From assembly GCA_946415375.1 (NCBI GenBank), contig CAMKSF010000006.1:11241-75240 (forward strand): 64,000 bases of DNA, given 5' to 3'. Made by a program: the position numbers and the translations under genes. The notes beneath the pieces were generated by a model. It did not search any database. It had not been told where the DNA came from and worked only from the letters and a program-made list of their open reading frames with translations. Below, in pieces: positions 52,148-64,000 of the stretch. The stretch comes from an uncultured Clostridia bacterium. Its GTDB lineage: Bacteria > Bacillota > Clostridia > TANB77 > CAG-508. How positions within the stretch are numbered: the stretch's first letter is position 1; every line of letters begins with the position of its first letter.

Positions 52148-52316
52148 GATGTTAACCTCCCTTCTTCCGAAGTATCGGCCGAAATATTATATCATCTAAA
52201 ATGTGCAAAGTCTGTCGAAATTTGTTTGAAATTTATGAATATTTAAAGTTTTTGTTTTTATATAAAATTCGTTGTAAAAACAATATTGGTATGATATAAT
52301 CCAACTATATAATTAA

Positions 52317-54335
<2,019 letters not shown>

Positions 54336-54373
54336 AAATGAAAAGATAAAATTTCAAAAGAAAGGATAAAAAA

Positions 54374-55144
54374 ATGAGTAAAGAACAAAAAATACAAAGA
54401 TTACTTGAATTAAGAAGACAAATTTTTACTGAACTAAATGATATGCCTATAGTTCCAGAAGAGGTAGAAAACATTATAAAGGACGCTCTTGTAGAATTAA
54501 GTCAGCTATATGAAAATCAGAGAGTGAGTTCAGATAATATAGTATCATACATTGATGGGACATTTGAAGAAACGAAGGCAAATATAAGTACTAGAAGTGA
54601 AAATGATAGAAGAAGGGTATATTGGGAACAAATTGAGAATTTGTTTAATAAACTTGAAGGAAAAATATTAAATGATGAAGAATTAAGTGTGTCAGATACT
54701 AATGGATTTGAAATAAATGATGATAATAGAGGCAGTACAGTAAATTATATTGTTGATATGATAAATGAAAGCCTTAATGATATTCAAAGCAAACAAAGAA
54801 AACTAATGGAAGCCAGAGGTTTTTCGGATGAACAAATAGAAACACAAAATGATATGGCTAGAGTGTTTATAATGAGTTTTACGGCAAATAAAGCAGAGGA
54901 CATAGAAGAATTTTATAAGAATAGAGAAAAAGATTTAAAGGATGAGATACTAGAAAAAGTTACTGAATTTATTAAAGAAATGAAATCTGTAGAACAAGGT
55001 CCTGAAAAAAGTTTAATAGACGATTTAAGAGTTGATGGGTTATCTTATGAACAACAAAGTGCAAATGCTGCAAATTTTGCTCAAAAATTAAAAAATGGTG
55101 AACAAGATAGAACGGAAGGATTACCAACAGATTTGCTTAAATAA
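54374..55144 (+). CDS. Orphan acidic helical protein
   Basis: Long ORF with SD. Confidence 0.65.
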   Translation: MSKEQKIQRLLELRRQIFTELNDMPIVPEEVENIIKDALVELSQLYENQRVSSDNIVSYIDGTFEETKANISTRSENDRRRVYWEQIENLFNKLEGKILNDEELSVSDTNGFEINDDNRGSTVNYIVDMINESLNDIQSKQRKLMEARGFSDEQIETQNDMARVFIMSFTANKAEDIEEFYKNREKDLKDEILEKVTEFIKEMKSVEQGPEKSLIDDLRVDGLSYEQQSANAANFAQKLKNGEQDRTEGLPTDLLK

Positions 55145-55201
55145 AAATATGGACTATTGCTTTTAGCTTATAGCTTGAAATAAAAGTTTTTAATAGAAAG
55201 G

Positions 55202-55456
55202 ATGAATATGGATAATTATACATTTGAAGATATGTGGTTAGATTTAAAAAACGGATATCAAATTTATTATACATATGTAAAAAACAGATATGTACTTTTT
55301 AAAACTGCCAAAAATTGTTATACACAAAAATTGATTACAGATAACCCCAAAAACCCACATCCTAGAATGACTATACTTACTTTAAAGAGAGTTAAAGAAA
55401 TATTTCCATATATGGAGGATATTGAGTATAAAGTTGGAACTGAAGACTTGATTTAA
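55202..55456 (+). CDS. Conserved small hypothetical protein
   Basis: YTFEDMWLDLKNGYQIYYTY...; compact ORF with SD. Confidence 0.6.
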   Translation: MNMDNYTFEDMWLDLKNGYQIYYTYVKNRYVLFKTAKNCYTQKLITDNPKNPHPRMTILTLKRVKEIFPYMEDIEYKVGTEDLI

Positions 55457-55543
55457 GGTTAGAGAGTAGAATTATTATAAGTTTTATAATAATTAGTATA
55501 ATAAAATGAATACAAAATCTTTAGATAAAAAGGAGTAAAAAAT

Positions 55544-57067
55544 ATGAGTGAAAGTGAAAGCAGATATTGGAGTCAAGAACAAATAGATAATTATTTGAAA
55601 AAATTGGAAGAATATGATAGCCAAGAAGAATTAAAAGTTGATATGCACACTCATACAAAAATATCTGATGGAGAAGACTCTCCTTTAATGAAATTATTAA
55701 GAGCACATAGAATGGGATTAAACACAATATCAATAACCGATCATAACAAATTAGGTGGATATGAAGAATTGAAAAATCAAATAGAAAAAATACTTACACA
55801 TTTGGAAGAAACTGAAGCAAGAGAGGATTTAACTAAAGAGGAAAAAGAGAAGAACATAAGGGGAGCTAAAAGATTATTAAAAGTTATTGAAGAAATGAAT
55901 ATAGTTACTGGATGCGAAGTTCTTACCACGTTTAAAGGATGTCCTTATGTAGAGATTCTAGCATATGGAGTGGATATTGAAAAATTAGAAGAAAAACTAG
56001 CAGAAGCAAATACAGGTTTACCAAAATCAGGAGATGTACTTTGTGAGGGACTAAAAAGAATAGCAATAGAGCAAGGTTTTGAATCTGATTTGTATTATAT
56101 AGAAAATAGAGATGATTATAAAAAGTTGTTTTTTCATGAACTAAAGAAACATCCAAAAAATGCTTTTTTATATAAGGATTTTGATGGAGAAACAGAAGAG
56201 GAACAAGCAAAAAAATTTGCAGATAAATTTTTTGATAATGAAGAAAGCAATTATTATGTGGATTTGTCTGAGGATAATAAAAAAAATAGAAAAAGTGATA
56301 TGATGGCAATTGTTCAAAAAATGAAGAATGATTATCCAGAGCTTGTATTTGATGAAAAGATTATACAAAATGCTGGTTTTGTTATGAGTTTATTTTATAA
56401 TGAATTAAAGAAACATCCAGAGGATATTAAAAGAATTCAAAAAATTGATAGCAGAATGGACACTTTAAAAAAGATTATATATTTAGGATTATATAATGAA
56501 AAAAGTCCTCTTTTTATTGATTTAGAATCTACAAAGCCAAAACTAGAAAAGGTAATAGAAGCTATTCATGAAGCAGGAGGAAAAGCACTAGTAGCTCATT
56601 GGGGAAGATATTTGTTAAGTAATGAAGAAGTTTTTGATTGGAGAACACCGCAAGGAAGAAAAAATCTTGAAACAATAATTGATATGTGTGATGGCGCTGA
56701 ATGTGCATATCCGGATAATCCAATGGACCTTAGAAGATTGATATATAATTTGTGTAAAGAAAAAGGAAAAATTATTTCAATTGGAGGAGATGATCACGGA
56801 AAAAAAGAAGTAGAAGAAAAAAATGGAATAAAGAGAAGAATATCAAAAGAAGGAGAACAATATCAGCTCGGCTCACAGACTGGAAGGGAAGTTTCAGAAC
56901 TAGAATGGATAAAAGAAACAATTGTCAGTGGAAAAGAATTTTTGAAACAGGTAGAAGAAGAACATCATTATAGAGCTAGACTAAAAAAAATAATTGAGAG
57001 AAATAAAAGCCATAGAAAGCCAACAAACGATAAAGAATCAGAAATTCAAAGTGAACAGGGAGAGTAA
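55544..57067 (+). CDS. PHP-domain metallophosphoesterase
   Basis: DMHTHT.ISDG, ITDHN, GCE, VAH, GGDDHG. Confidence 0.88.
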   Translation: MSESESRYWSQEQIDNYLKKLEEYDSQEELKVDMHTHTKISDGEDSPLMKLLRAHRMGLNTISITDHNKLGGYEELKNQIEKILTHLEETEAREDLTKEEKEKNIRGAKRLLKVIEEMNIVTGCEVLTTFKGCPYVEILAYGVDIEKLEEKLAEANTGLPKSGDVLCEGLKRIAIEQGFESDLYYIENRDDYKKLFFHELKKHPKNAFLYKDFDGETEEEQAKKFADKFFDNEESNYYVDLSEDNKKNRKSDMMAIVQKMKNDYPELVFDEKIIQNAGFVMSLFYNELKKHPEDIKRIQKIDSRMDTLKKIIYLGLYNEKSPLFIDLESTKPKLEKVIEAIHEAGGKALVAHWGRYLLSNEEVFDWRTPQGRKNLETIIDMCDGAECAYPDNPMDLRRLIYNLCKEKGKIISIGGDDHGKKEVEEKNGIKRRISKEGEQYQLGSQTGREVSELEWIKETIVSGKEFLKQVEEEHHYRARLKKIIERNKSHRKPTNDKESEIQSEQGE

Positions 57068-57069
57068 GA

Positions 57070-57330
57070 ATGAAGATAATAGAAATTATAAAAAAATGGT
57101 TTCAAAACAATAAAAAAACAAAAGTTAAAATGATTAATGAAGGTCAAACAAAAAGTATTGCAGAGAATAAGGAAAAGTTTATTAGCAATATAGACTTAAG
57201 TGGAAAACAGGAAATTTTGGAGATTAGAAAACAACTTGAAACTGGGCAAATGTCTGTAGATGACTTATCAATCTTTGAGGTTATGGATATATTGGAGATA
57301 TATGGAGAGCACATACCACGAATAGACTAA
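57070..57330 (+). CDS. Small hypothetical protein
   Basis: Coupled to the PHP gene; SD GGGAG. Confidence 0.6.
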   Translation: MKIIEIIKKWFQNNKKTKVKMINEGQTKSIAENKEKFISNIDLSGKQEILEIRKQLETGQMSVDDLSIFEVMDILEIYGEHIPRID

Positions 57331-57454
57331 TATTAAAATTGTATGATTATTATAATATTTTTGAAAATGATGTATTGAAAAGTAAAAAAATATATAATAT
57401 AATAATATTGGAAAAAAATTTGAAATACATTTAAGATAAAATGAGGAGTTTACA

Positions 57455-58012
57455 ATGGAAAAAGAAAGGTTAGTAACATTTACAGATGCAGTATTAGCAA
57501 TAATAATGACAATACTAGTGTTAGAATTAAAAAAACCAACAGAACCAACACTTGCACAAATGTGGGCATTAAGAGAATCTTTTTTAGCATATGCTTTATC
57601 ATTCTTTTGGCTAGGTGCAATGTGGATTAATTTACACAATATTTGGAGTAAGGCTAGTAAAATATCAACAAGAGTAATTGGTTGGAATATGGTATTATTA
57701 TTTTTATTATCTTTAATCCCTTATGCCACATCACTAGTAAGTACATACTATGATAATGCGGTTATACAAGGATTTTATGGAGTTGTAGTAATTATAATTA
57801 GTATAGTTAATATTGGATTAAACAAAATGTTACAAGGAGCAAATAAAGATAATAAATCATTAAAGAAGATAACAAAAAGATATATAGATGCATTAGTAAT
57901 TGATATAGATATAAAAATAGTAGGATTAATAATGGCAATTTCAATTTATCCACAAGCAATGATGATAAGCGTATTTATTACATCAGTTTTAATGGCTAGA
58001 ATAAAGAATTAA
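57455..58012 (+). CDS. TMEM175-family potassium channel (DUF1211)
   Basis: RL..FTDAVLAIIMTILVLEL, YALSF, W.NLH. Confidence 0.92.
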   Translation: MEKERLVTFTDAVLAIIMTILVLELKKPTEPTLAQMWALRESFLAYALSFFWLGAMWINLHNIWSKASKISTRVIGWNMVLLFLLSLIPYATSLVSTYYDNAVIQGFYGVVVIIISIVNIGLNKMLQGANKDNKSLKKITKRYIDALVIDIDIKIVGLIMAISIYPQAMMISVFITSVLMARIKN

Positions 58013-58050
58013 TTATCGAAAAACAATAATTATATATTGACAAACAATAA
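58012..58050 (+). promoter_or_regulatory. Tandem imperfect palindromes over the promoter of the DUF2975-HTH operon (probable operator)
   Basis: attatcgaaaaacaataat followed by atattgacaaacaataat overlapping the TTGACA -35. Confidence 0.5.
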
Positions 58051-58099
58051 TATGTATGATAGAATACTTTCATAATAAAAATTATGGAGGTATTTTTTT

Positions 58100-58567
58100 A
58101 TGGAATTATCAGGAAAAAAAGGAATAGGAAATATTCTAAAAATATTTTTACAAATATGTTTTTATGGAGGAATAATTGTTTTAATTGCACTACCATTTGT
58201 ATTTAGTGCATTAGGAATAACTCTGCATTCGAGTATGTATGTGATTTATCCAAATGGAATTGTAATGCTTGCAATTGGATATAAATTTATTCAATTATTT
58301 AATAGTTTAAAAAACAATGATTCATTCTGTGAAGATAATATTAAAATACAAAAAAGTGCTGCAAAACTTTCAATTGTAGAATCTGTATTATGGTTACTAG
58401 ACTTCTTGTATTCAGTATTTCTTGTGAAATATGAAGATATAATAGTAGTATTAGGATTAGCATTTTTTAGTATTTTGTTTTTTGGAGTAGCAATTGCTTT
58501 ATATATATTATCAGAATTATTTAAACAAGCTTACGAATACAAAAAAGAAAATGAACTTACAATTTAA
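58100..58567 (+). CDS. DUF2975 membrane protein
   Basis: Four TM helices; C-terminal LSELFKQAYEYKKENELTI. Confidence 0.88.
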   Translation: MELSGKKGIGNILKIFLQICFYGGIIVLIALPFVFSALGITLHSSMYVIYPNGIVMLAIGYKFIQLFNSLKNNDSFCEDNIKIQKSAAKLSIVESVLWLLDFLYSVFLVKYEDIIVVLGLAFFSILFFGVAIALYILSELFKQAYEYKKENELTI

Positions 58568-58578
58568 GGAGGTTTTTT

Positions 58579-58785
58579 ATGATAATTGTAAATTTAGATG
58601 TTATGATGGCAAAAAGAAAAATATCATCTTTTGAACTTGCAGAAAAAGTTGGAATAACTCCTGCTAATCTCTCAATATTAAAAACAAATAAAGGGAAGGC
58701 AATTAGATTTTCAACACTTGAGAAACTATGTGAAGTACTTAATTGTAAGCCAGGAGATATATTAGACTACGAGGAGGAAGTATGA
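58579..58785 (+). CDS. Cro/C1-type HTH regulator (YozG-like)
   Basis: NLDVMMAKRK...NLSILKTNKGKAIRFSTL. Confidence 0.92.
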   Translation: MIIVNLDVMMAKRKISSFELAEKVGITPANLSILKTNKGKAIRFSTLEKLCEVLNCKPGDILDYEEEV

Positions 58786-59909
58786 ATAATATGAAGGATG
58801 AATTACTTGTAGCTTTATTTATTACACTTTTATATGTACCTTTTATTTTAACAATAATAAATATTATAAACATATTCAAAAAGAAAAAGATAATGGAAAA
58901 TTTAACTGATACATTAACATTTGTTTTAGGTATAATTTTAACATATATTCTTTTTATAACTTTAGGTTTTAAAGACTACCAAGAAGCGCTAATTGTTAAA
59001 ACAGTTGGCGCGATAGATCCATTTGAACTACATACTCCAATAGCATCATGGAGTATGCCAACATTTCTTTCAATTTGTTTAGTGGGAGTTATTTCATACA
59101 TTTTAATAAGAATAAAAAAGTTAGATTTGCCACCACTTGTGGTTGTACTAAGTATGTCTGGAATTTATATTTGTTCGATTTATATGATTATATTTATAAT
59201 CCAAATGTCAAAAAATATACAAGAATTGTTTTTATTTTATTTAGTACTGTTCCCAATAAACTATATCTTATGTTCTATAAGGGCAATAATGCAAGTTATA
59301 AAAAAGTATAAAGAAAAAGGAATAGGCGGAAAAAAAGAATATAAAAGTCAGGTATTAAATAGAATTAACGTGATTTTAAATAATGTAGATAATTGGCCAG
59401 TATTAGCTATAGTTTTCATGATACCAGTTTTAATACTATTAATATGCATTATGGTGTTATTTGGACAAAGACCAGATGAAGCAATAAAAGCATTTTTAGA
59501 AACGAGTGATTGGACATTATCTCAAAAAATATCACCTCCGCCAATTGTAGAAGAAGGTCATTACCTATGTACAGTTTCTTTAAGAGGCCATAAAAATATA
59601 GTAAAACCTACAAGAATGGGGATAAGAAGAGGAAGAAGGATTGTCGTTAATAGACAACTATGTATAGCAAATGCTTTTGAAGACTTAATAAAAGAAAAAA
59701 CTCCAAAATTTCATCATTATATAAGATATATATATGATAAATATGGATACCCTTTATCTAAACATATAAATACAGCAATTCAAGCAGATATTACATATAT
59801 TTTGATGAAACCATTAGAGTGGATATTTTTAATAGTACTTTATTTATTTGATAAAAAACCAGAAAATAGAATTAATTTGCAATATATTGGAAAGAAAGCT
59901 ATAATATAA
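58782..59909 (+). CDS. DUF6688-like membrane protein
   Basis: Multi-TM; HYLCTV...GH, VNRQLCIANAFE, YDKYGYP. Confidence 0.75.
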   Translation: MNNMKDELLVALFITLLYVPFILTIINIINIFKKKKIMENLTDTLTFVLGIILTYILFITLGFKDYQEALIVKTVGAIDPFELHTPIASWSMPTFLSICLVGVISYILIRIKKLDLPPLVVVLSMSGIYICSIYMIIFIIQMSKNIQELFLFYLVLFPINYILCSIRAIMQVIKKYKEKGIGGKKEYKSQVLNRINVILNNVDNWPVLAIVFMIPVLILLICIMVLFGQRPDEAIKAFLETSDWTLSQKISPPPIVEEGHYLCTVSLRGHKNIVKPTRMGIRRGRRIVVNRQLCIANAFEDLIKEKTPKFHHYIRYIYDKYGYPLSKHINTAIQADITYILMKPLEWIFLIVLYLFDKKPENRINLQYIGKKAII

Positions 59910-59941
59910 TTAATTAAATGTAGCAAAAGAAGGTGTAATAG

Positions 59942-60667
59942 ATGAGAATTATAAAAAAATTAATAATTTTATTACTTTTTGTTATACTAATTATAGGAAT
60001 ATTAATTGGATGTATTTTGGGAATTCCAGGTTACAATATGTACAAAGATGCTTTAGAAAAAGAACCAATAGATGAAAAAGTTGCAAGTATAGAAAAGAAA
60101 AAGAATTATTCAGAATTTACTGATTTGCCAGAAATGTATGTTAATGCTGTTATTGCAACAGAAGATCACAGATTTTATGAGCATAAAGGAATAGACTTTA
60201 TTTCTGTGGCAAGAGCTATATATAGAGATATAAGAGCAAAGGACTTTGTAGAAGGAGGAAGTACTATTTCACAACAACTCGCAAAAAACATATATTTTAC
60301 TCAGGAAAGAACTGGTAAAAGAAAAATTGCAGAAACTCTAATGGCAAGCAAATTAGATAACACTCTTAGCAAAGAGAAAATATTTGAACTATATGTAAAT
60401 ACCAGTTATTTTGGAGATGGATATTATACTGTAAAAGAAGCATGTAAAGGATATTTCAAAAAAGAACTTAGAGAGATGACAGATTATGAATGCATAATGC
60501 TTGCGGGAATTCCTAATGCACCAAGTGTTTATGCACCAACCAAAAACTTAAAGCTTACAAAAAAAAGAGCAGAACATGTTATTCGAAAGATGGTTGAAAA
60601 TGAATATTTAACGCAGGAAGAGGCTGATAGTATTTTGAAGGAGGCGAAGAATTATGCAATTCATTAA
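59942..60667 (+). CDS. Monofunctional peptidoglycan transglycosylase
   Basis: EDHRFYEHKGID, GGSTISQQLAKN, RKIAE, GIPNAPS. Confidence 0.93.
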   Translation: MRIIKKLIILLLFVILIIGILIGCILGIPGYNMYKDALEKEPIDEKVASIEKKKNYSEFTDLPEMYVNAVIATEDHRFYEHKGIDFISVARAIYRDIRAKDFVEGGSTISQQLAKNIYFTQERTGKRKIAETLMASKLDNTLSKEKIFELYVNTSYFGDGYYTVKEACKGYFKKELREMTDYECIMLAGIPNAPSVYAPTKNLKLTKKRAEHVIRKMVENEYLTQEEADSILKEAKNYAIH

Positions 60668-60905
60668 AGAAGAAAACAGAATTTATGCTACAAATGAGGA
60701 TAATGAAACAGTTGCGGAGGTTACTTTTTATGAGATAGAAAATGGAGTATATAATATTGATCATACTTTTGTAGATGATTCTTTAAGAGGTCAAGGAATA
60801 GGAAGTAAATTAGTTGAAGAAGCAGTTAGCACAATAAAAGAAAAAGGAGCAAAAGTTCAAGCAACTTGCCCATTTGCTAGTAAATGGATAGAGGAAAATA
60901 TGTAA
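60654..60905 (+). CDS. GNAT acetyltransferase (YjdJ-like)
   Basis: IDHTFV...RGQGIG, ATCPFA. Confidence 0.9.
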   Translation: MQFIKEENRIYATNEDNETVAEVTFYEIENGVYNIDHTFVDDSLRGQGIGSKLVEEAVSTIKEKGAKVQATCPFASKWIEENM

Positions 60906-61003
60906 AAGGTTAGATGTAAAAATCTAATCTTTTTTTGTATAGAATTTGTTGAAAAAAGATTTTCAGTGTGATAGAATTGTTGTGGAAAAATGGAGGGAAG
61001 AAA

Positions 61004-61837
61004 ATGATAATATATCCAAAAACATGTGAAAATTTAAAAGGAATAGAATATTTAAAGGAGTATGTAGAAAAAAGTAAGGGAATAGAAATACAACTATTGT
61101 CTTATGAACAAACTCAAAAAAAGACTTATGAAGTATTAAAAAGATTAAAAAATGAAATGCCACAGTTAAATGAAGTTACAATACATTTGCCTATTAGAGA
61201 AGACTTTAATTTTGAGGCTTTAGCATTTTCTAAGTTAGAGATAGAAAAAGAAAGATTAAAGAAGTTGTGTGAAGCATCAGAAGAATGTGATTTAAACGTA
61301 AATTTATTGTATCATACAAGATGGAATTATAATAGTTGGAGTAACAGTGGTGCAATAGATAGAATGAAAGAACTTTTAGAAGTAATTCAAAATTCAAGAG
61401 TTAATATTTTAATAGAAAACATATATGCTTTGGTTGAAAGGAGAGAATGTGCAGTCCTAAAAGTAGCAAAAGCTATAGATGATAGTCATCTAAAAGTTTG
61501 TTTAGATACATGTCATTTACATTGTGTAGCTAACATGTTTAAAATCTCTTTAAATGAATATCTAAATACATATTTAAATAAAGAAGAGTGTGAAAAATAT
61601 ATACAACAAATTCATTTTGCAGGAACCTTAAATAAAGATGGTTATATTGATGAAAAAAAAACACATGGAAGAGCTCATGATACTTGGGCAAGTTTTGAAG
61701 AAGATTTTAATATTTTAAAACAATTTGGAATTGAAGATAAAGTAATAGTTACAGAGGTTTCTGAAGATGATTATTCTACAAGAAAAGACCAAATAAAAGA
61801 AATACAAATGCTTTTAAAGAAAGAAGAGGAAATATAA
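61004..61837 (+). CDS. Xylose-isomerase-like TIM barrel protein
   Basis: IEN, CLDTCH, QIHF motifs; start at MIIYPK behind GGAGG. Confidence 0.7.
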   Translation: MIIYPKTCENLKGIEYLKEYVEKSKGIEIQLLSYEQTQKKTYEVLKRLKNEMPQLNEVTIHLPIREDFNFEALAFSKLEIEKERLKKLCEASEECDLNVNLLYHTRWNYNSWSNSGAIDRMKELLEVIQNSRVNILIENIYALVERRECAVLKVAKAIDDSHLKVCLDTCHLHCVANMFKISLNEYLNTYLNKEECEKYIQQIHFAGTLNKDGYIDEKKTHGRAHDTWASFEEDFNILKQFGIEDKVIVTEVSEDDYSTRKDQIKEIQMLLKKEEEI

Positions 61838-61951
61838 TTAGTTACAAATATAAATATTACATTTTCGATAAAAATATTGTTTTTAAAAATTAAAAAGTGT
61901 ATAATTATTTTGTTAATAAATTAAGATTTTTGGAAAAGGAGAGGATTTAAA

Positions 61952-64000
61952 ATGAAAATTAAAAGAATCATTAGATTTATGTTATTAATCATTGTAACAA
62001 CTTTATTATTTTTTGCTATAAGTAATTCTAAGGTATTTGCAATGAATGTTGCAGACAATAGTATTAAGGAGATTACAGATTTAGGAGAGTTGGATAAAGC
62101 ACATTTGAATTTTTTAGCTGCTGATATGAATCATGAAAAACTAGTAGTCGTTGTTAATTCATATGAGGAGGGAAAACACTATTTTTTAGAGTTTAATCCT
62201 GAAACAAGAGCTTTAGTTAAAATGAAGCAAATAACTATTGATTTTGAAGTTTCATATTGCTCAATTAATAATGATGGAAATGTTGTTATAGCTAACTATG
62301 GTAACTCAAAGAACTTATTTTTCTATGATAAAGATTTTAACTATGTCAAAACAGAAGTTATGGAAGATAGTCTAAGAAATCAAATATACAAAAAATCTGA
62401 AAGTAGTGTATTTTACACAAATGGCAAAATTAGAAAAGAATGTACTATTGATGAACTTCAAGAATTATCGATGGTATATTTCCATAATGATATAGATAGC
62501 ATTTACCTACATAAATTAGATAAATATAATTTTGCTGCAGCTAAAGATAATAAAATTTTTGAATCATGCCGAAATGGTAAAGGCATAGTAGATTTTAGGG
62601 TATATGATTATACTAATAAAATAATTAATACTGTTGAAATACAAGATTTTAATGATGAATTTTATGCTATAAATGGAGATGAATTTTCACCAGAAATAAC
62701 ACTAAATAATAAGTATGTATTTTTCGTTATAGTAACTAAAAATGGACAAGTTCCATATTTATGGAAATATACTGATTCAGAATCTATGGATTTCGATGTC
62801 AGAAAATTCAACAAAGCAGGTTTAGAAAAGGAAAATAATTCAATAATTAAAAATCTTAAATCAAAATATAATATTGATAACATATATATTGACAAAAAAT
62901 CAGACTATACATATAAAGTGAAATATGGTTCAACTCCTGCTAATGTATATGAAACATTATTAGATATAGAGAATTATTTAGAAAAATTACCTAAAAATTT
63001 AATAAAAGAAATTAAAAATACAAAATTAAATACAAAACACAAGTTTAATATATATTTAATAAAAGACTTTAAAGAAAAGGATAAAGATGGATATGCAATT
63101 TCTTCGGCAGCGGTTACAAACAAAAAAGAAAGTAGACTTGAGATTTCAACTGATTTTTCGTATTCGGGTAGTTTTCAAAAATCATTTATGAGATTAATGG
63201 ACCAAAGAATAACAGAATATTACAAAAAGAAAAATAAAGATTGGAACAAGATGTGGAATAACATCAGGAAAAAAGATAAAAGCTCAAAAAAGACTGGTAT
63301 AGAAGATAGAATTTATATTTTTAATATATTATATGATGCTTCTTTCCCTTTGGAGGCTAAAGAAAAAGAAAGGGCAAAATTACTTTGTGATAGCCTAAGA
63401 CTTGCTTTTCCATGTATAGATAAATGCCCAAGTATTTATTGGGAAAAATGGATAATGCTTCCAAAATTGAAAACAACAACTGAAACAAGTAATAATAGTA
63501 TATCAGTTTCTTGGAAGAAAACTAAAGAGGGTGCTAAATACAAAGTTCAAAGAAAAAAAGATAACAAATGGGAAACGATAAATGTTAATATAAATAATAA
63601 TTCATTTACTATTAACAAATTGAAATCAGGAATTAGATATCAATATAGAATTCGTTCATATGTCTATGAAAGTAATGGCTTCACTGATGAAGATGCTGTA
63701 AACAACTATAAAGTATTGAGTGATTGGGTATATATAGATGTTGCAACTAAACCTTTAACTCCAACTATAAAAAGTGCTAAATCAAATAAAAATAGCATTG
63801 TTGTAAAATGGAAAAAAGTATCTAAAGGAACAGGATATCAAATTAAATACACTGTTGGTGGAAAAAGTATAAAAAAATTTGTAAAGAATATTAAATCTAC
63901 AAAATATACAATAAGTAATATTAAACATAAAAAGAATTATAAAATAAAAATTAGATCATATAAAAGTGCAAATGGGAAAAAATATTATTCTAGTTGGAGT
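61952..64000 (+). CDS. Secreted protein with C-terminal fibronectin type III domains (runs off the window)
   Basis: Signal peptide MKIKRIIRFMLLIIVTTLLFFAISNSKVFA; FN3-like SVSWKK..Y.VQ..LKSGIRYQYRIRSY and VKWKKVSKGTGYQIKY; open to the window end. Confidence 0.8.
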   Translation, partial: MKIKRIIRFMLLIIVTTLLFFAISNSKVFAMNVADNSIKEITDLGELDKAHLNFLAADMNHEKLVVVVNSYEEGKHYFLEFNPETRALVKMKQITIDFEVSYCSINNDGNVVIANYGNSKNLFFYDKDFNYVKTEVMEDSLRNQIYKKSESSVFYTNGKIRKECTIDELQELSMVYFHNDIDSIYLHKLDKYNFAAAKDNKIFESCRNGKGIVDFRVYDYTNKIINTVEIQDFNDEFYAINGDEFSPEITLNNKYVFFVIVTKNGQVPYLWKYTDSESMDFDVRKFNKAGLEKENNSIIKNLKSKYNIDNIYIDKKSDYTYKVKYGSTPANVYETLLDIENYLEKLPKNLIKEIKNTKLNTKHKFNIYLIKDFKEKDKDGYAISSAAVTNKKESRLEISTDFSYSGSFQKSFMRLMDQRITEYYKKKNKDWNKMWNNIRKKDKSSKKTGIEDRIYIFNILYDASFPLEAKEKERAKLLCDSLRLAFPCIDKCPSIYWEKWIMLPKLKTTTETSNNSISVSWKKTKEGAKYKVQRKKDNKWETINVNINNNSFTINKLKSGIRYQYRIRSYVYESNGFTDEDAVNNYKVLSDWVYIDVATKPLTPTIKSAKSNKNSIVVKWKKVSKGTGYQIKYTVGGKSIKKFVKNIKSTKYTISNIKHKKNYKIKIRSYKSANGKKYYSSWS

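Overview
Very AT-rich chromosomal segment of a spore-forming Clostridia-like Firmicute. Almost all genes are on the + strand and most are housekeeping (khpA-rimM-trmD-rplS, trmB, obgE, ispH, rnhB, cdaA, truA, ssb, ruvA, tgt, fhs, gpr, mutL, miaA, sepF, divIVA, rsmD, mtaB, sufCBDS, mnmA, engB, ligA). No rRNA, tRNA, CRISPR array or transposase was seen. Four things stand out. (1) Two unrelated conserved genes (rnhB and a SAM methyltransferase) are each split by a +1 frameshift at the same tetranucleotide, an in-frame CGG followed by A, and skipping the C restores a Gly (GGA). By manual scan these are the only in-frame CGG codons in the + strand genes. This suggests CGG-triggered +1 recoding or four-base decoding, although sequencing error is not excluded. 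(2) Self-contained antisense mini-genes (sigmaA promoter, SD, short ORF, terminator) occupy every junction of the suf operon, with another after rplS. (3) Two convergent sRNA/peptide modules have the architecture of par/Fst type I toxin-antitoxin loci and are flanked by Spo0A boxes. (4) A compact OLE RNA with oapA lies outside its usual gene context. All calls come from reading the sequence; no database searches were run.
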